From assembly GCF_006345805.1 (NCBI RefSeq), contig NC_043001.1:5766001-5830000 (forward strand): DNA of 64,000 nucleotides, given 5' to 3'. Under the pieces are notes generated by a model. That model was not told where the DNA came from and did not search any database. It saw only the letters and a list, made by a program, of their open reading frames with translations. Origin of the DNA: Octopus sinensis. Taxonomy: Eukaryota. Shown here in pieces: positions 25,198 through 39,126 of the stretch; position 1 is the stretch's first letter, and every line of letters starts with the position of its first letter. Position numbers and translations under genes: made by a program.

Positions 25198-25202
25198 CAT
25201 TA

Positions 25203-25345
25203 TTAACATTATTTACATTTCACTATACCTATCCTCATCTCGTTTGTTGTCAATACAATGTCTCGGCTGAAATACACTACCGCCTTCATCAGGTGTCTTG
25301 GGGAAATTTCGTACCTAGGTTCTCATTCCTAAGGTATTTTTCATA
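25203..25345 (-). mobile_element. Third copy of the 15.3-kb hammerhead body, preceded by (AAT)n
   Basis: TTCATCAGGTGTCTTGGGGAAATTTCGTACCTAGGTTCTCATTCCTAAGGTATTTTTC matches 15357-15414; GAAA is mutated to GAGA. Confidence 0.85.
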
Positions 25346-25354
25346 TTGTTGTTG

Positions 25355-25417
<63 letters not shown>

Positions 25418-25450
25418 TATTATTATTATTATCAGTGTTGTTGTTGTTGA

Positions 25451-25504
<54 letters not shown>

Positions 25505-25544
25505 TACTATGATATATATATATATATGTACGCACTCACTCCGG

Positions 25545-25700
25545 CATGATTATCTTTTTCATAGCTTCCGTCTACCACATTGATTCACACGGCATCGTTC
25601 GATCTTGTGATATAGTTGAAAACAGATGCCGAAGATTCCACGAAATGGAACCGAACCCCAGCTCACGTGACTGTTAACGCTAGCTTCTAAATCAAACAGA
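25545..25700 (-). mobile_element. Diverged 5' half of the 7912/9745 SINE family
   Basis: TTCCGTCTACCA…TTCACACGGC…GGAACCGAACCC aligns with 8225-8365. Confidence 0.6.
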
Positions 25701-27397
25701 CTGACATATATATCGATACGTACATCTTTATATCTTTACAAATCGGACACCAAAATAGCCATTGTAATTAAGTCAATATTTAACTCTCTTTGTTGGTAGA
25801 GACGTAGATGGCTATGAATTGATATTCTGTGAGAAAATATGTCGGAACAACGAACTGAGGAATTATTGTCTGCAGCAAAGTTCAAAGTAGACTTGAGGAA
25901 GAAGAATCATCGAGAAATGTTCTTTGAATACTGGATCTGCCAGACTTGATGATTCATTATTGCGATAAATAGAGACATATAATGTCGACACAAGATTAAA
26001 AAAAATAAAATATGCCGATATATTGATCGGGAATGTTGTTAATACTGACTGATTATGCTGTATAATGAAGATGAATTTGGTTATGGCAATGATGCTGCTG
26101 TTAACGATATTTTTGATGATGATAGTGAAGAAAAGGAGGAGGATGAAGATTTTGTCAATTTGAGTGAGCTGTAAATGTCGTGACTAGAGTTATTACTAAC
26201 CAGTAGCTACATATGAGACGTCTGATGTCTTATTTTTATCTTTCTTATGGTATGAAGCAGATTATTTTGTATACTAATAGTTCTTCTATGCATACTGGAC
26301 TTTACAAGATACGCGATGATATGTGGTTGTATTATAAAACACGTTCTTCCCAAGACTAATAACATATATATATACATATATATATATATATATTATTTTG
26401 TCATTTAGATTTATGACGATGTAAATTTTCGATTTAACTTTTCTTTTTTAGTCAAAGTTTAAATTCTAGGTACATTCTCTTGGGGATTATTTTTCTGATA
26501 TTGCTTGGGAAAATTTTAAACATTTTTGTTTCTTCACAAGATATGAGAGCAATAAATTTAACTGCATGTACGTGTTATTAAGACTAAAATAGAAATATGT
26601 TCAATAAAGAATACATTTTTTTTCTCCGCAAAGAAAATGGATTTTGTTCAATTTTTTTTTATATTTTGCTGTATGTTCATTATTTCTTTTACCCACTTCC
26701 TACCATATTTTATTCTACTGTTACCAACGTCAGACATTGCAATAATTTACCAAAAAACTGCCAGTTTAACATAACTATAACTAAACAGCAATGCCACAAA
26801 ATATTGTTCTCTTCATGAATATCACGTCCATATATTTTAAAGATATTTCTTCAAAATGCAGGCATGTCTGTGTGGTTTCGATACTCGATCTACAAATATG
26901 TGGTCACTATGGCTGTGCTTCTGTGCAGCACCTTGATAAAGGGTCTTTTCCTACCAAAACACCGCACCTACTCATACCATGAGTGAGAGCGTTCCTTGAA
27001 TTTGTGCCTGTAGATATTCTCACCGCTTTATAACCCCCGTTATTGTTTATACCGAGGAAAATTGCTAGTGTAAACCCTTCGGCTGGTGCACCAAAATTGA
27101 CGCAGTCCAATGACTCAAGTAAATATAAAGTAAGTTATCTTAAAATGCTAAAGCAGAACGGTGGTTAGAACCAACAAATTTATTTTTTTCTCTGATGTAG
27201 GTAACATATCTTGACATTCAGAATAATACATGACAGTAAGTAAACTTATTCTATTGAATCACGTTGTTTCAACGGAATCTTTACCTGTTTAGAAAATACT
27301 AAAATGTGGCGAGTAAAAGTAACATCCAGGTTATGCGACAAGATATCTTACTTCCAACATGACACGATGAAGACTCTGCATAAATCCGTTTCCGAGA

Positions 27398-27825
27398 GGC
27401 GTTGAGCTGGCAGAATCGTTAGCACGCCGGGCGAAATGCTTTGCAGTATTTCGTCTGCCGTTACGTTCTGAGTTCAAACTCCACCGAGGGGTCGACTTTG
27501 CCTTTCATCTTTTCTGGGTCGATAAATTAAGTACCAGTTACGCACTGGGGTCGATAGATTCGACTTAATCCGTTTGTCTGTCCTTGTTTGTCCTCTCTGT
27601 ATTTAGCTCCTTGTGAGTAGTAAACAAAATAAGTGTTTCGTCTGTCGTTACGTTCTTAGCGGAATGTTGTGTCTTCACGTTCTGAGTTTAAATTCCGTCG
27701 AGGTTTATTTTGCCTTTCATCCTCTCAGGATCGATAAATTAAGTACCAGTTCCATACTTGGATCGATATAATCGACTGGCCCCCTCCTCAAAGATTTCGA
27801 GCCTCGTGCCTGGAGAAGAAAATAA
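27398..27825 (+). mobile_element. Two tandem SINEs of the Meta-like core family (27398-27630, 27633-27825)
   Basis: Two successive TTTGCCTTTCATC…GATAAATTAAGTACCAG cores with different tails. Confidence 0.85.
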
Positions 27826-30159
27826 TACATGTGTTTTCAAATGAATTTCAGTATAGTATTTCCAAGTTAATCTACATGAAGCGGAGACAAATTGTGAACT
27901 GAAACCCTATCAGCTGATGCAAAATCTCTCTCTAAGCAAGTCTAGAATTCTAAATATCAAACACAGTTTCGGCCTGCTATATAATTATAAATTAAAGTCT
28001 TCTTTTTATTTTCCGAATTTGCATGTAATAAATTGATTAAAATTTACAAATGACACTTCCAAGATCCAACAGCATTTTATGCATTAAATTTACGCCTAAA
28101 ATTATGGGTTACCTTTTTATACACATATAAAAACATACATACTTAAATATATACATACAAACACATTTACATCCATATGTACATACATACACGCATGTAT
28201 GTCTATTTGTGCGTGGGCATTTACGTGCGTCTATTTATGTACGTATCTTATCTTTGGTTTACAAATATATGTACGATAAATATTGTTAAGTTTAGAGCTA
28301 AACTTAGATTTCCGTCATCCAGTCTGCGCCTGGTTACGTGGCTAAGCAACTACTATAAGTAGGAGAAATTGCGATAAATTTCTTTAATTTTACATATTTC
28401 TGTGCGTGTGTGTGTGCGTATCTATATGTGTGTATGTGTGTGTACATATATTATGTAGATAATCCAGTCTGTGACTTCATGAATCACATGCAATTATTCC
28501 ATTTCTCCAAAGTATGTTTGTAGTTGTGATTCCTGCGGCAGTTGAAAAACTATAGAAAGAGCAACATTTATAATCAATATTTTAATATATCTTAGTACTG
28601 TACCCGTCTGAAGTTTAGAGGTCCTCATTTATTCGAATTCCTACCTAAGAAACCCAGAAATATAAAAGTAATCACTGCTGAAACATTAACAACGAAAGCG
28701 TTTTATAGACTCATTACGACGATACTGAACAGGGAAGATCAGTTGCTACTAACGCAATGATTGACCAACTTTCAGCCATAAAACGACTACAACACTGAAA
28801 GAATAAAAATTACGCTGTTGCTGCATCATGGCCGCATTTCTGCAACTAGAAGCAGTAAAATATAAAAAGAGTAAAAAGTGAAATTCACCCTAAAAAAAAA
28901 GAATAACGAGGTACGGGGCAAGAAGCACTCTTTATACTGTCATTTACACAGCAAGAAATAGCAGAGAACAAAAAGGCGATATCCATCTCGTGTTAGGAAA
29001 GAAAAAAGACATAACAAATGATCCCTTTGCATTCAATGAACGGGAATTGGTTGTAGTGTCCATGTTTGGAATGGTTTCATATCATATTTCATTCATGACA
29101 GCTGATAGCGTGTATTTAAAAATGAAAGTAATGAAAATATTTTTTGGAAGATTTAGTTTATTTTCTCAAATATTTCACATGGTAAGCAAAATTATTGTAG
29201 GATATTTGCTTGTAAATATGAGAGCTCCGTTCCTGCTTTTTTCTTCTTGACATTATTAATATAGTCGTGCTTCATTTAACCATACAGAAAACATTATATA
29301 TTTTACACATTACTATGCAATTGAAATCCAATAATTTCATGTGTGAGAGGTTGTGTTCTTCTGGAAAACATGTAACAGAATGTCCCTTCCTTTACTACAA
29401 AAACAAAGCTGGGAAACTAATTCTTAAATTCTTCAAATAATCTCTTCAAAAGATCTCACGAACAATCACGACTTTTTTATAATACATAGAAAATGTGTGA
29501 ACTGCTCGGGTTTATAGAACAATTTAAATGAAATATTCGCAGTTATGCTATAAGAGTATTTGAATAATTGCCCTTTACCATTTTATCTTGAATTATACAC
29601 ATTACATAGACCAACATTATTATAAAACTTTTTCTATACGAAATAATTTTCCAATGTTCCGCAAGCCGAGTTGCACCACAGTAAGCTGTTGAAGAGTAGC
29701 ATAACCAAGTAGGCCATTAGCTATAAAAAGCAGCATGCCTCTTTCTCTACCACAACAGTAAGAATAGGTAAACAATTCTGAATATTGTAAATTTCTCTTC
29801 TCTGTGAGAATGGATAACAACTGTTGTACGCTGTATTTGCTTAATGTATCACAAATATATATTTTTTAATTATTATTTTTACGTATGTCATTAGTTAAAT
29901 TGTCGTCCAAGTCAATATTTTTCAAAATTATGTGTTTCCTTCATGATTCTCGGTCAATCTCACATTCTCACACGCCAATTCCTTTGCCTGTAGTGGTTTC
30001 ATTTTATCTCTGTATTTATAAAAACATCTCTATTTGTCAATGTTTCGAAATCATTGCAATATGTTCTATACAACATCTTCCATTTTTTGAAACCGTCTGA
30101 TACCTGCCTGTATGAAATTGAATGTGATATTGTAACTATTACCGTTGCTGTTGATGTTG

Positions 30160-30512
30160 ATGTTGAGCGAAGCGGAGAAATCTGTAGTGGGAGAAGTCCG
30201 AAACGTGGTCCTTTGCTATTCGTAAGACCCGCAGAAGAGAAAGCAGGTCAACCCCCGACACCGAGAGCATCGACGGATGGATGAATACGCATCCAGGCTC
30301 AGCGGTTGCGTAGGATGTCGGGGAGAAGAAACAGGAAGAAAGAGTGAGAGAAAGTTGAAACGAAAGAGTACAACAGGGGTCGCCACCACGCCCTGCCGGA
30401 GACTCGTGGAGCTTAAGGTGTTTTCGCTCAATAAACACACGCAACGCCCGGTCTGGGAATCGAAACAGCAATCCTCCGACCGCTTCCCTAACCACTGGGC
30501 CATTGCGCCTCC
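30160..30512 (-). mobile_element. tRNA-derived SINE, body X + tail B
   Basis: Head GGAGGCGCAATGGCCCAGTGGTTAGG, as at 49257; 14-bp TSD TACCGTTGCTGTTG at 30140-30153 and 30515-30528. Confidence 0.9.
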
Positions 30513-31348
30513 ACTACCGTTGCTGTTGTTGTAGTTGTTGATGAGCATGTTCTCTCTTCACTAACTGATCTATATACGATGTATATAAGCTCACATACGT
30601 ATGATGCAATATATATTCATATGCGTTTCAGCCATGACCAATTCAAATTATTTTTTTTCATAGGACTGCATTATTTCGGATATTTCCTATATTTGTAGCA
30701 TGTTTCAAGACAGAATTTCTATATTTCACTTTTTTTTCTGCCTGTAAGTCTGTCTATTCAACTTTCTTTACTCATTCTCCTTTCGTCATATGACTGTTTT
30801 ATGTGTGTATATCAAAAGAAAAGATAAAAGATTTTTTCTCTAGCTTAGACCAAACTGATTTCCTCATGTTCAGGAAAGAGAAAAAAATGTTCTCTTCTTC
30901 AATATGTCTCTTAGTACCAGACAGATGTATTGAGTTTTATAATTTAAAAGAAGGTAAAAACACTAAAACAAGTTGTTTTCCTATTAGTTTTGTCTGTGAT
31001 CTGCTTGAGATGAGAGCGAATATTTCCAGTCAATACTAGACCAATGTAATAGTAAACAGTTCATTAACTGATCCGAAATAAGGAATTTTTCCTTGTTATT
31101 GTTTCGTTGTATTTATAATTATTGATATTTTATTATATTTGTATTGTTTTTTGTTGTTTGGAGTTTGGCATACATTGATCTTATAATTTTTTATTTGATT
31201 CTTTGTTACTTAGATTTTGATTTTCAAAATCTCTTTAATTGAAATAGTCGAAATGCTAGTGTCAATATATTGAGACACACCACCCAGGGTAAAATACAGC
31301 TAAACCTATAAAATCAATAAGTATTAATATTATTATTGATTGAGCGAA

Positions 31349-31545
31349 GGCGGCGAGCCGGCCGAATCGTTAGAACGCCGGGCAGCATGCAAACTCGTTA
31401 CGGACCGTGTTCAAATAACTCAGATACCGATTTTGCATTTCGTTCTTTCGGGGCCGCTAAATTAATAACCAGATAATAACTGGGGTCCATGTAATTAACA
31501 CATCCCCTCCCTCGAATTCGCTCACCCTGTACTAATATTTGAAAC
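31349..31545 (+). mobile_element. Old SINE, Meta-like core family
   Basis: GGCGGCGAGCCGGCCGAATCGTTAGAACGCCGGGC head and a degenerate core. Confidence 0.7.
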
Positions 31546-32439
31546 CAGAATTATTTGAGGTTCGCAGTGGAGTTGAAGGTGTTCATACTATTATGATGCT
31601 AGGTAGTAATATAATGACCAGTGGAGGAAGAATAATCTCAAATCAGGATGTTCCCCACAATCCAATGGAGAAGACGTTTAACACGAAACATATATGCCAG
31701 GACAGCTCATGTGAAAGATTTCTAAGTGTGAATGTAGCTCATTTGTCTTGTATGCATCACTTTTATATTTACGTAATGAATGAATATTTTAAAAGAAAAG
31801 AGAAAATATATTGTGAAATTAATTGTTATTGCTCTGAATGATGTGTGGGAGAATCAGACGGGGGCGTTATACGAAAGCGCTAAGTTTTCAGAGTACAGAC
31901 GGTTTTCAATGCTATCCTTAAACGAATCCATATTTGATGGTGTCCAATGTCTGTAAAGTATTTTCTACTAGTCTATAAAATTCGACCTTTAATTGCCCTC
32001 TTACGTTTCATTTCCACTAAATATATTTATTTCCACGCTTTTAATTTTTATTCCTGTTCGCCTGTCGCACAATATTTCTCCCGTCTTCGTTTTCTTTTAA
32101 TTTCTTTCTCCCTCTTGCTTCTCTTTCTGTAAATTTCCATTCACCTTATATATATATTAACGGTATTTTCAAATAATTTACAAGCGTCCACTTCATATAT
32201 GCAGTAACGACATTCGGTTTAAATGTGTTAATGATACTTTTTGTTTCAGTTTTTCTTCTCGATGAGAAGATTGCATTATTTTACATAATTTTATACTTTC
32301 TGGAATAATGATAATGTTTTCTTCGAAACATATGTCGGAAGAATAAAGATTAGGATAGCACCTCAGTTTCACTCTTGATATACATATATATGTATATACA
32401 TACACACATACATACATATATACATACATACATACATAC

Positions 32440-32488
<49 letters not shown>

Positions 32489-32519
32489 ATATATATAATA
32501 TATATATATATACATAAAC

Positions 32520-32602
32520 CAAAAAAAGCCACAGGATATCAAGTAGTGATGCAGTACGACCGTTTCAAGCTCATCCATTTAATTGAACAATTCAACCAAA
32601 TC
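32520..32602 (-). other. 3' half of a hammerhead-like motif between (TA)n tracts
   Basis: Minus strand GAA-ACGGTCGT-A-CTG (near-palindromic stem III, GUA site); the CUGANGA half is absent. Confidence 0.4.
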
Positions 32603-32659
32603 TATATACATATATATGTATCATAATAATAATAATAATAATAACAATAATAACAATAA

Positions 32660-33215
32660 ATGCCCTGATGCAATACCAGACAGTGACTCTCATGGCCTCT
32701 GATCTTAACTGATAGAAAGTGTTATCATGTACGTTGTTTTGTCTTGATATAAAAGATAGGCTTCAGCAAATATTCTGCTCAATACCACAGATTTGCTTGT
32801 CAGTTGTTTGAACTTAATCAGTTAAGCATGTCCCTTAGTGGCTGAAGATATGTGTATCTCTGATCATGAACAGAAATAGTGGGGGAGCATCTTAGCCGTG
32901 TGTTGAAAGGAATTCTTAGAGGTTTGGATAATTCACCTCTGGAAATATGCTTGTTTCGTTCAGCATCCTTAAACAAACCTTATTGAGGGACCTTTTGAGC
33001 AGGATGGGCAACTGAACCAGAAGAAAATTCTAACTGGGCTCCACCTGCAAGGTCATCTGCTATTTATCTTGACATAAGATCACCATGTTGCGCACATATG
33101 GCTTTGATGAATATGCCTGGTGTAGCCTTATTAGACGTGTAATCATGATGGGTATACTGGGCTTCGTATATTTTACCCTAGTTTCATTTTGTTGGCATGC
33201 ACTGCTCTCTCACAC
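32660..33215. repeat. Unclassified ~555-bp non-coding insert bounded by (TAA)n on both sides
   Basis: Sharp boundaries within TAA arrays, higher GC than the flanks, no credible ORF. Confidence 0.5.
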
Positions 33216-33216
33216 G

Positions 33217-33293
<77 letters not shown>

Positions 33294-33294
<1 letters not shown>

Positions 33295-34334
33295 GTAAAA
33301 AGCTAGGCGCATGAAAACCCGTGCCAAAACTGCGGCCTTAGATATTCTGAATAATAAATGGCAAGAAAAACCTCTCTATGGCAAATACCCAAAGAGAGCG
33401 AATAATGCAGATATCGACAAAGCCCTGACCCATCAATGGCTAATGGCCTCTGGCTTAAAATCTGAAACAGAGGGGTTTATCATAGCAGCTCAAGATCAAT
33501 GCCTACCAACAAGAAACTACCAGGCCAACATATTAAAGATCAGAAGCAGTCCAACGTGTCCTGTATGCAAGCAACAAAATGAAACCATTGACCATGTGGT
33601 CTCCAAGTGCAGTCTTCTAGCGCCTACAGAGTATCTCAACAGGCACGATAGAGCTGCACAATATATTCACTGGGTAATCTGTAAAAACCTGGATTTGCCC
33701 CATGAAAAAAACTGGTGGGAACACAAACCACCCCCAGTGCTTGAAAATGACCACATCTCACTCCTCTGGAACTTCACCATTCAAACTGACAGGAAGATAG
33801 ATGCAAATAGGCCAGACATCATATTGAAAGACTTCAAACAAAGAACATGCCTCCTCATTGATATGACTGTCCCAATCGATATAAACGTATCTGTCAGGAC
33901 CTACCAAAAACTGAGCAAATATAAAGATCTTGAATAGAAATCAGCAAAATGTGGAAGCTGAAGACTAAAACAATACCTGTTGTCATAGGTGCCCTGGGAA
34001 TGATAGCAAAAGGGGCTGATAGCTACCTAACTCAGATACCAGGAACCCAAAAATGGCAGAAGTTCAAAAGATAGTGCTCATGGGAACTGCTCATATCCTA
34101 CGCAAAATACTCTCTATGTAACCTCAAGGTTTAAAACAACCATAATTTTCGGATTAAAAAAAAAAAAAAAAACTTTTTTTTTTTAGACATTCATTAGTAC
34201 AACATCCCCACCCCCCAAATATATGGCACACTAGGCATAACAACAACATGAACTTCCAACCCTGTTGTCTCTTGAGGTCTCTGGGTGAGACTTGGAGCCA
34301 ACTTGTACAAATATAAAGCAAAAGTCAAACATAG
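33294..34334 (+). mobile_element. 5'-truncated R4/Dong-like non-LTR retrotransposon, copy 1 (CCHC finger + RLE endonuclease + 3'UTR)
   Basis: ETEGFIIAAQDQ, CPVCKQQNETIDHVVSKC, RHD, RPDIILKD…LIDMTVP…KLSKYKDL; embedded in (TAA)n. Confidence 0.93.
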
Positions 34335-34364
34335 AATAATAATAATAATAATATAATAATAATA

Positions 34365-34401
<37 letters not shown>

Positions 34402-34402
34402 T

Positions 34403-35442
34403 AGTAAAAAGCTAGGCGCATGAAAACCCGTGCCAAAACTGCGGCCTTAGATATTCTGAATAATAAATGGCAAGAAAAACCTCTCTATGGCAAATACCCA
34501 AAGAGAGCGAATAATGCAGATATCGACAAAGCCCTGACCCATCAATGGCTAATGGCCTCTGGCTTAAAATCTGAAACAGAGGGGTTTATCATAGCAGCTC
34601 AAGATCAATGCCTACCAACAAGAAACTACCAGGCCAACATATTAAAGATCAGAAGCAGTCCAACGTGTCCTGTATGCAAGCAACAAAATGAAACCATTGA
34701 CCATGTGGTCTCCAAGTGCAGTCTTCTAGCGCCTACAGAGTATCTCAACAGGCACGATAGAGCTGCACAATATATTCACTGGGTAATCTGTAAAAACCTG
34801 GATTTGCCCCATGAAAAAAACTGGTGGGAACACAAACCACCCCCAGTGCTTGAAAATGACCACATCTCACTCCTCTGGAACTTCACCATTCAAACTGACA
34901 GGAAGATAGATGCAAATAGGCCAGACATCATATTGAAAGACTTCAAACAAAGAACATGCCTCCTCATTGATATGACTGTCCCAATCGATATAAACGTATC
35001 TGTCAGGACCTACCAAAAACTGAGCAAATATAAAGATCTTGAAATAGAAATCAGCAAAATGTGGAAGCTGAAGACTAAAACAATACCTGTTGTCATAGGT
35101 GCCCTGGGAATGATAGCAAAAGGGGCTGATAGCTACCTAACTCAGATACCAGAAACCCAAAAATGGCAGAAGTTCAAAAGATAGTGCTCATGGGAACTGC
35201 TCATATCCTACGCAAAATACTCTCTATGTAACCTCAAGGTTTAAAACAACCATAATTTTCGGATTAAAAAAAAAAAAAAAACTTTTTTTTTTTAGACATT
35301 CATTAGTACAACATCCCCACCCCCCAAATATATGGCACACTAGGCATAACAACAACATGAACTTCCAACCCTGTTGTCTCTTGAGGTCTCTGGGTGAGAC
35401 TTGGAGCCAACTTGTACAAATATAAAGCAAAAGTCAAACATA

Positions 35443-35443
<1 letters not shown>
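34403..35443 (+). mobile_element. 5'-truncated R4/Dong-like element, copy 2
   Basis: Near-identical to copy 1 with the same truncation point; ORF 34420-35184 continues to IPVVIGALG. Confidence 0.93.
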
Positions 35444-35507
<64 letters not shown>

Positions 35508-36113
35508 GACGATAAGAGAACGGGACCACGATATGAAATAAATAGAGAAATACATATATCTGATGCGATTGTATTCTATTCTATTATTCTATTACTCTTT
35601 CGTTTTCAGTCCCTTTTAACTCTCTTCCTTTCTCTAAATATTTTTATCACACCTCCCCATCTTGTTTCTTCTCTCTTGTCCTTCTAATTTTTTCCTCTCT
35701 CTTTCGCTATTCTCTGGTTGGCACTCCCTCCTTCACTCTTCATCCTTTTCTCTCTCGTGTCTCCCACCTGACAATTGGTCATCTTTCTTTCCTTTCCTAA
35801 CTTTTGTTTCTTTCTGATCAACTGGACGACTCACACGCATTATTGTCCAAGCTTGCACTTCGCGTTCGCCACCTCAACTAGCTTAGGCTTAACAGCACTT
35901 CCTGTTTCTTTTCACTTTTCTGTGCTCACATATGCATATGAATATATGCATACATATAGTATTTATATATATATATAAATATATATATATATATTATATA
36001 TATATATATGAATTTGTCTATAAATAATATATATTCTAATGACGAATTCGTCTTTTGTGCTGGGACACTGGTACTAATAATTTATTTTTTATTACCCTTT
36101 TTACTATGTATAA

Positions 36114-36148
<35 letters not shown>

Positions 36149-36194
36149 CATACACACATACATATATATACACACATATATATATATATGTATG

Positions 36195-36225
<31 letters not shown>

Positions 36226-36255
36226 ATATATATGTATAAATATATATATATATAT

Positions 36256-36289
<34 letters not shown>

Positions 36290-36671
36290 TCTCGTGCAAG
36301 TGCATACATAGATGACAATTGAGGTAAATTCATAAGCATCGTTGTAAGAAACAGGATTTTTCTTTGGTGTCTGTGGTGCTCAGTAATAATTTCCTTGTCA
36401 CCAGATTATTCTACGTTCCATTTGGCTGATATTCAAGCGGTTCTCGTCGATGGCCTAACCTCCAGCATAGGAAGGGAACCGAGTCTTGCTATTGTAAGTG
36501 TAAAGTATTAAAAAGCAAAAGCGTTGAACATACAGAAACATTGCAGTTTGCATAAATTGAAAACCATTCAAAGAAAGAAACAAACGCTCGCATAGAAGTA
36601 TGCATGCTTGCACACACGCACAAACACAAACACACACACACACACACATGAACGTGCATACATGCTTATGC

Positions 36672-36721
<50 letters not shown>

Positions 36722-36723
36722 AT

Positions 36724-36951
36724 TCTTTACTACCCACAACGGGCTAAACAGAGAGGAGACAAACAAGGACAGACAAAGGGATTAAGTCGATTACATCGAC
36801 ACCAGTGCGTAATTGGTACTTGATTTATCGACCTCCGGAAGGATGAAAGGCAAAGTCGACCTCGGCGGAATTTGAACTCGGAACATAACGGCAGACGAAA
36901 TACGGCAACGCATTTCGCCCGACGTGCTAACGTTTCTGCCAGCTCACCGCC
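36724..36951 (-). mobile_element. SINE, Meta-like core family (left arm of inverted pair)
   Basis: Full head, core and tail; reverse complement of 37060-37270. Confidence 0.9.
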
Positions 36952-36969
36952 TTAAAATATATATATATA

Positions 36970-37057
<88 letters not shown>

Positions 37058-37059
37058 AA

Positions 37060-37270
37060 GCGGCGAGCTGGCAGAAACGTTAGCGGGCCGGGCGAAATCC
37101 GTAGCCGTATTTCGTCTGCCATTGCGTTCTGAGTTCAAATTCCGCCGAGGACGACTTTGCCTTTCTTCATTTCGGGGTCGATAAATTAAGTACCATTTAC
37201 GCACTGGGGTCGATATAATCGACTTAATCCTTTTGTCTGTCCTTGTTTGTCCCTTGTGGGTAGTAAAGAA
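37060..37270 (+). mobile_element. SINE, Meta-like core family (right arm)
   Basis: GCGGCGAGCTGGCAGAAACGTTAGC…GAGTTCAAATTCC…CTTGTGGGTAGTAAAGAA. Confidence 0.9.
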
Positions 37271-37289
37271 AAAAAAATATATATATATG

Positions 37290-37330
<41 letters not shown>

Positions 37331-37619
37331 TATATACATATATATATGTATATACATATATATATATATATACATATATATATACATATATATATATATA
37401 TGCTTGAGTGAGTGTTCGTGTAAGGCATATCCATGTAAGTATAAATCCATCTATCTATATATCCGTCTATCAGTGATTCTCTGTCTCATTCTGTCACCAT
37501 CTATCTCTCTCTCTCTCTATCTCCCCACACACACATACTCATAAAAATGTGTATATATATATATATATATAATATATATACGTATGTTTTTATGTGCTTG
37601 TGTGCGCGCGTGTTCGTGA

Positions 37620-37713
<94 letters not shown>

Positions 37714-38913
37714 CTGCTTGCGTCCGTGAGAGAGTGTGTATATAGACGTAGAGTGAGGGAGAGAGAAATAGAGTGAGAACAATATATGTATATATATATA
37801 CATCGCATACGTGTATGTACATATATTTGTACCACAAGTAAAGCGTGTGTAAGGTGATTGTATGTATGTTCTATTTTCTATGTGTGTGTGTGTAATAAAT
37901 CCTGAGCGTATAGCTTAGCTTTGCTGTTTCAATGACTTCTCCGTCCCGTTTTCTACCTAAGTGTTACGGACCAAGTGAAGGAAAATAAACGCTAATATGT
38001 TATCAACGTTGCTTTCCTTCCACTTTCTCCTTTGGTGATGTACTAAAACAGTAGTGTTTTTACTTCTGCTCGGAATGCGATGAGGTCCCAGTCGCTTATT
38101 ATCAAATCATGCGCTATTCCTTCGGTTGCATCAGCCACTCATGTGCAATGATGCGCGCACACAAAGGAAATTGGATTCCAGTTCTGTGAATATACGATTA
38201 GCGAGAGCAAAGTCACTGGCCATTTGAGCTGTAAATATCCCGTCCTCGCTCTCGCATTCTACTACTTCATACAGTTCCCTGCCATTTCGTTTAATATATG
38301 ACTAATTCAAGCACGCTCTATCTACATCTCTCAATCATCTCTCTCTTCCACACTGTCTCCCCTCTTGCTCTTTCTTTCCCTTTCTTTCTTCCCCTCTCAC
38401 CTTCTTCGTCTCTCTCAATCATTCTCTCTTTCTCTGTACATCTCCCTCCCTTCATCGCTCTCGTTCTCCCTGTCTCTCTGTCTGTATGTCTCTCTGTCTC
38501 TGTTTCCATCACTCTTTCTGTATCTTACACTTTCTAAATTTGTCGACCTTTGTTTCTCTCTCTATCTACATTTATCTATAAGGCTAAGTTCCTCTCTCTC
38601 TGTCTCTGTCTCTCTGCCTGTCTGTATCTCTCTCTCTCTCTCTCTCTCTGTCTCCTACTAATCTAGCTCTCGGAAATTTATACAAAAAGGATAAAAAATA
38701 AAAGTACCAGAGAAATAACAAAAAAGCGACACACGTAACAATGGCATGAATTAAATATAAATCTTGATCCCTCACATTGGCAGAAGAATGGCAAATGAAC
38801 GTTATTCTAGGAATTTCTTCATATTTTCATAACTTCAGGATATTTTCTTTTCATCAGGGCCACCAATATCAGCTTCACAAATGTTATCTTCCACTGAGAT
38901 TTCTTGTTACCTT

Positions 38914-38954
<41 letters not shown>

Positions 38955-39126
38955 ATACTACTACCACCACTACTACTACCACCACTACTACTACTACTAT
39001 TACTACTACTACTACTACTACTACTAATAATAATAATAATAATAATAATAATTCTACTACTAGTACTACTGCTGCTACAACAGCAACAACAACAACAACA
39101 ACAACTACTACTACTACTACTACTAC

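Noticed and set aside
32660-32730. Faint minus-strand resemblance to U2 snRNA (ATCAGTTAAGATC, CTGGTATTGCA)
   Set aside because: Matches are too short, spacing is wrong, and there is no branch-point recognition sequence or Sm site.
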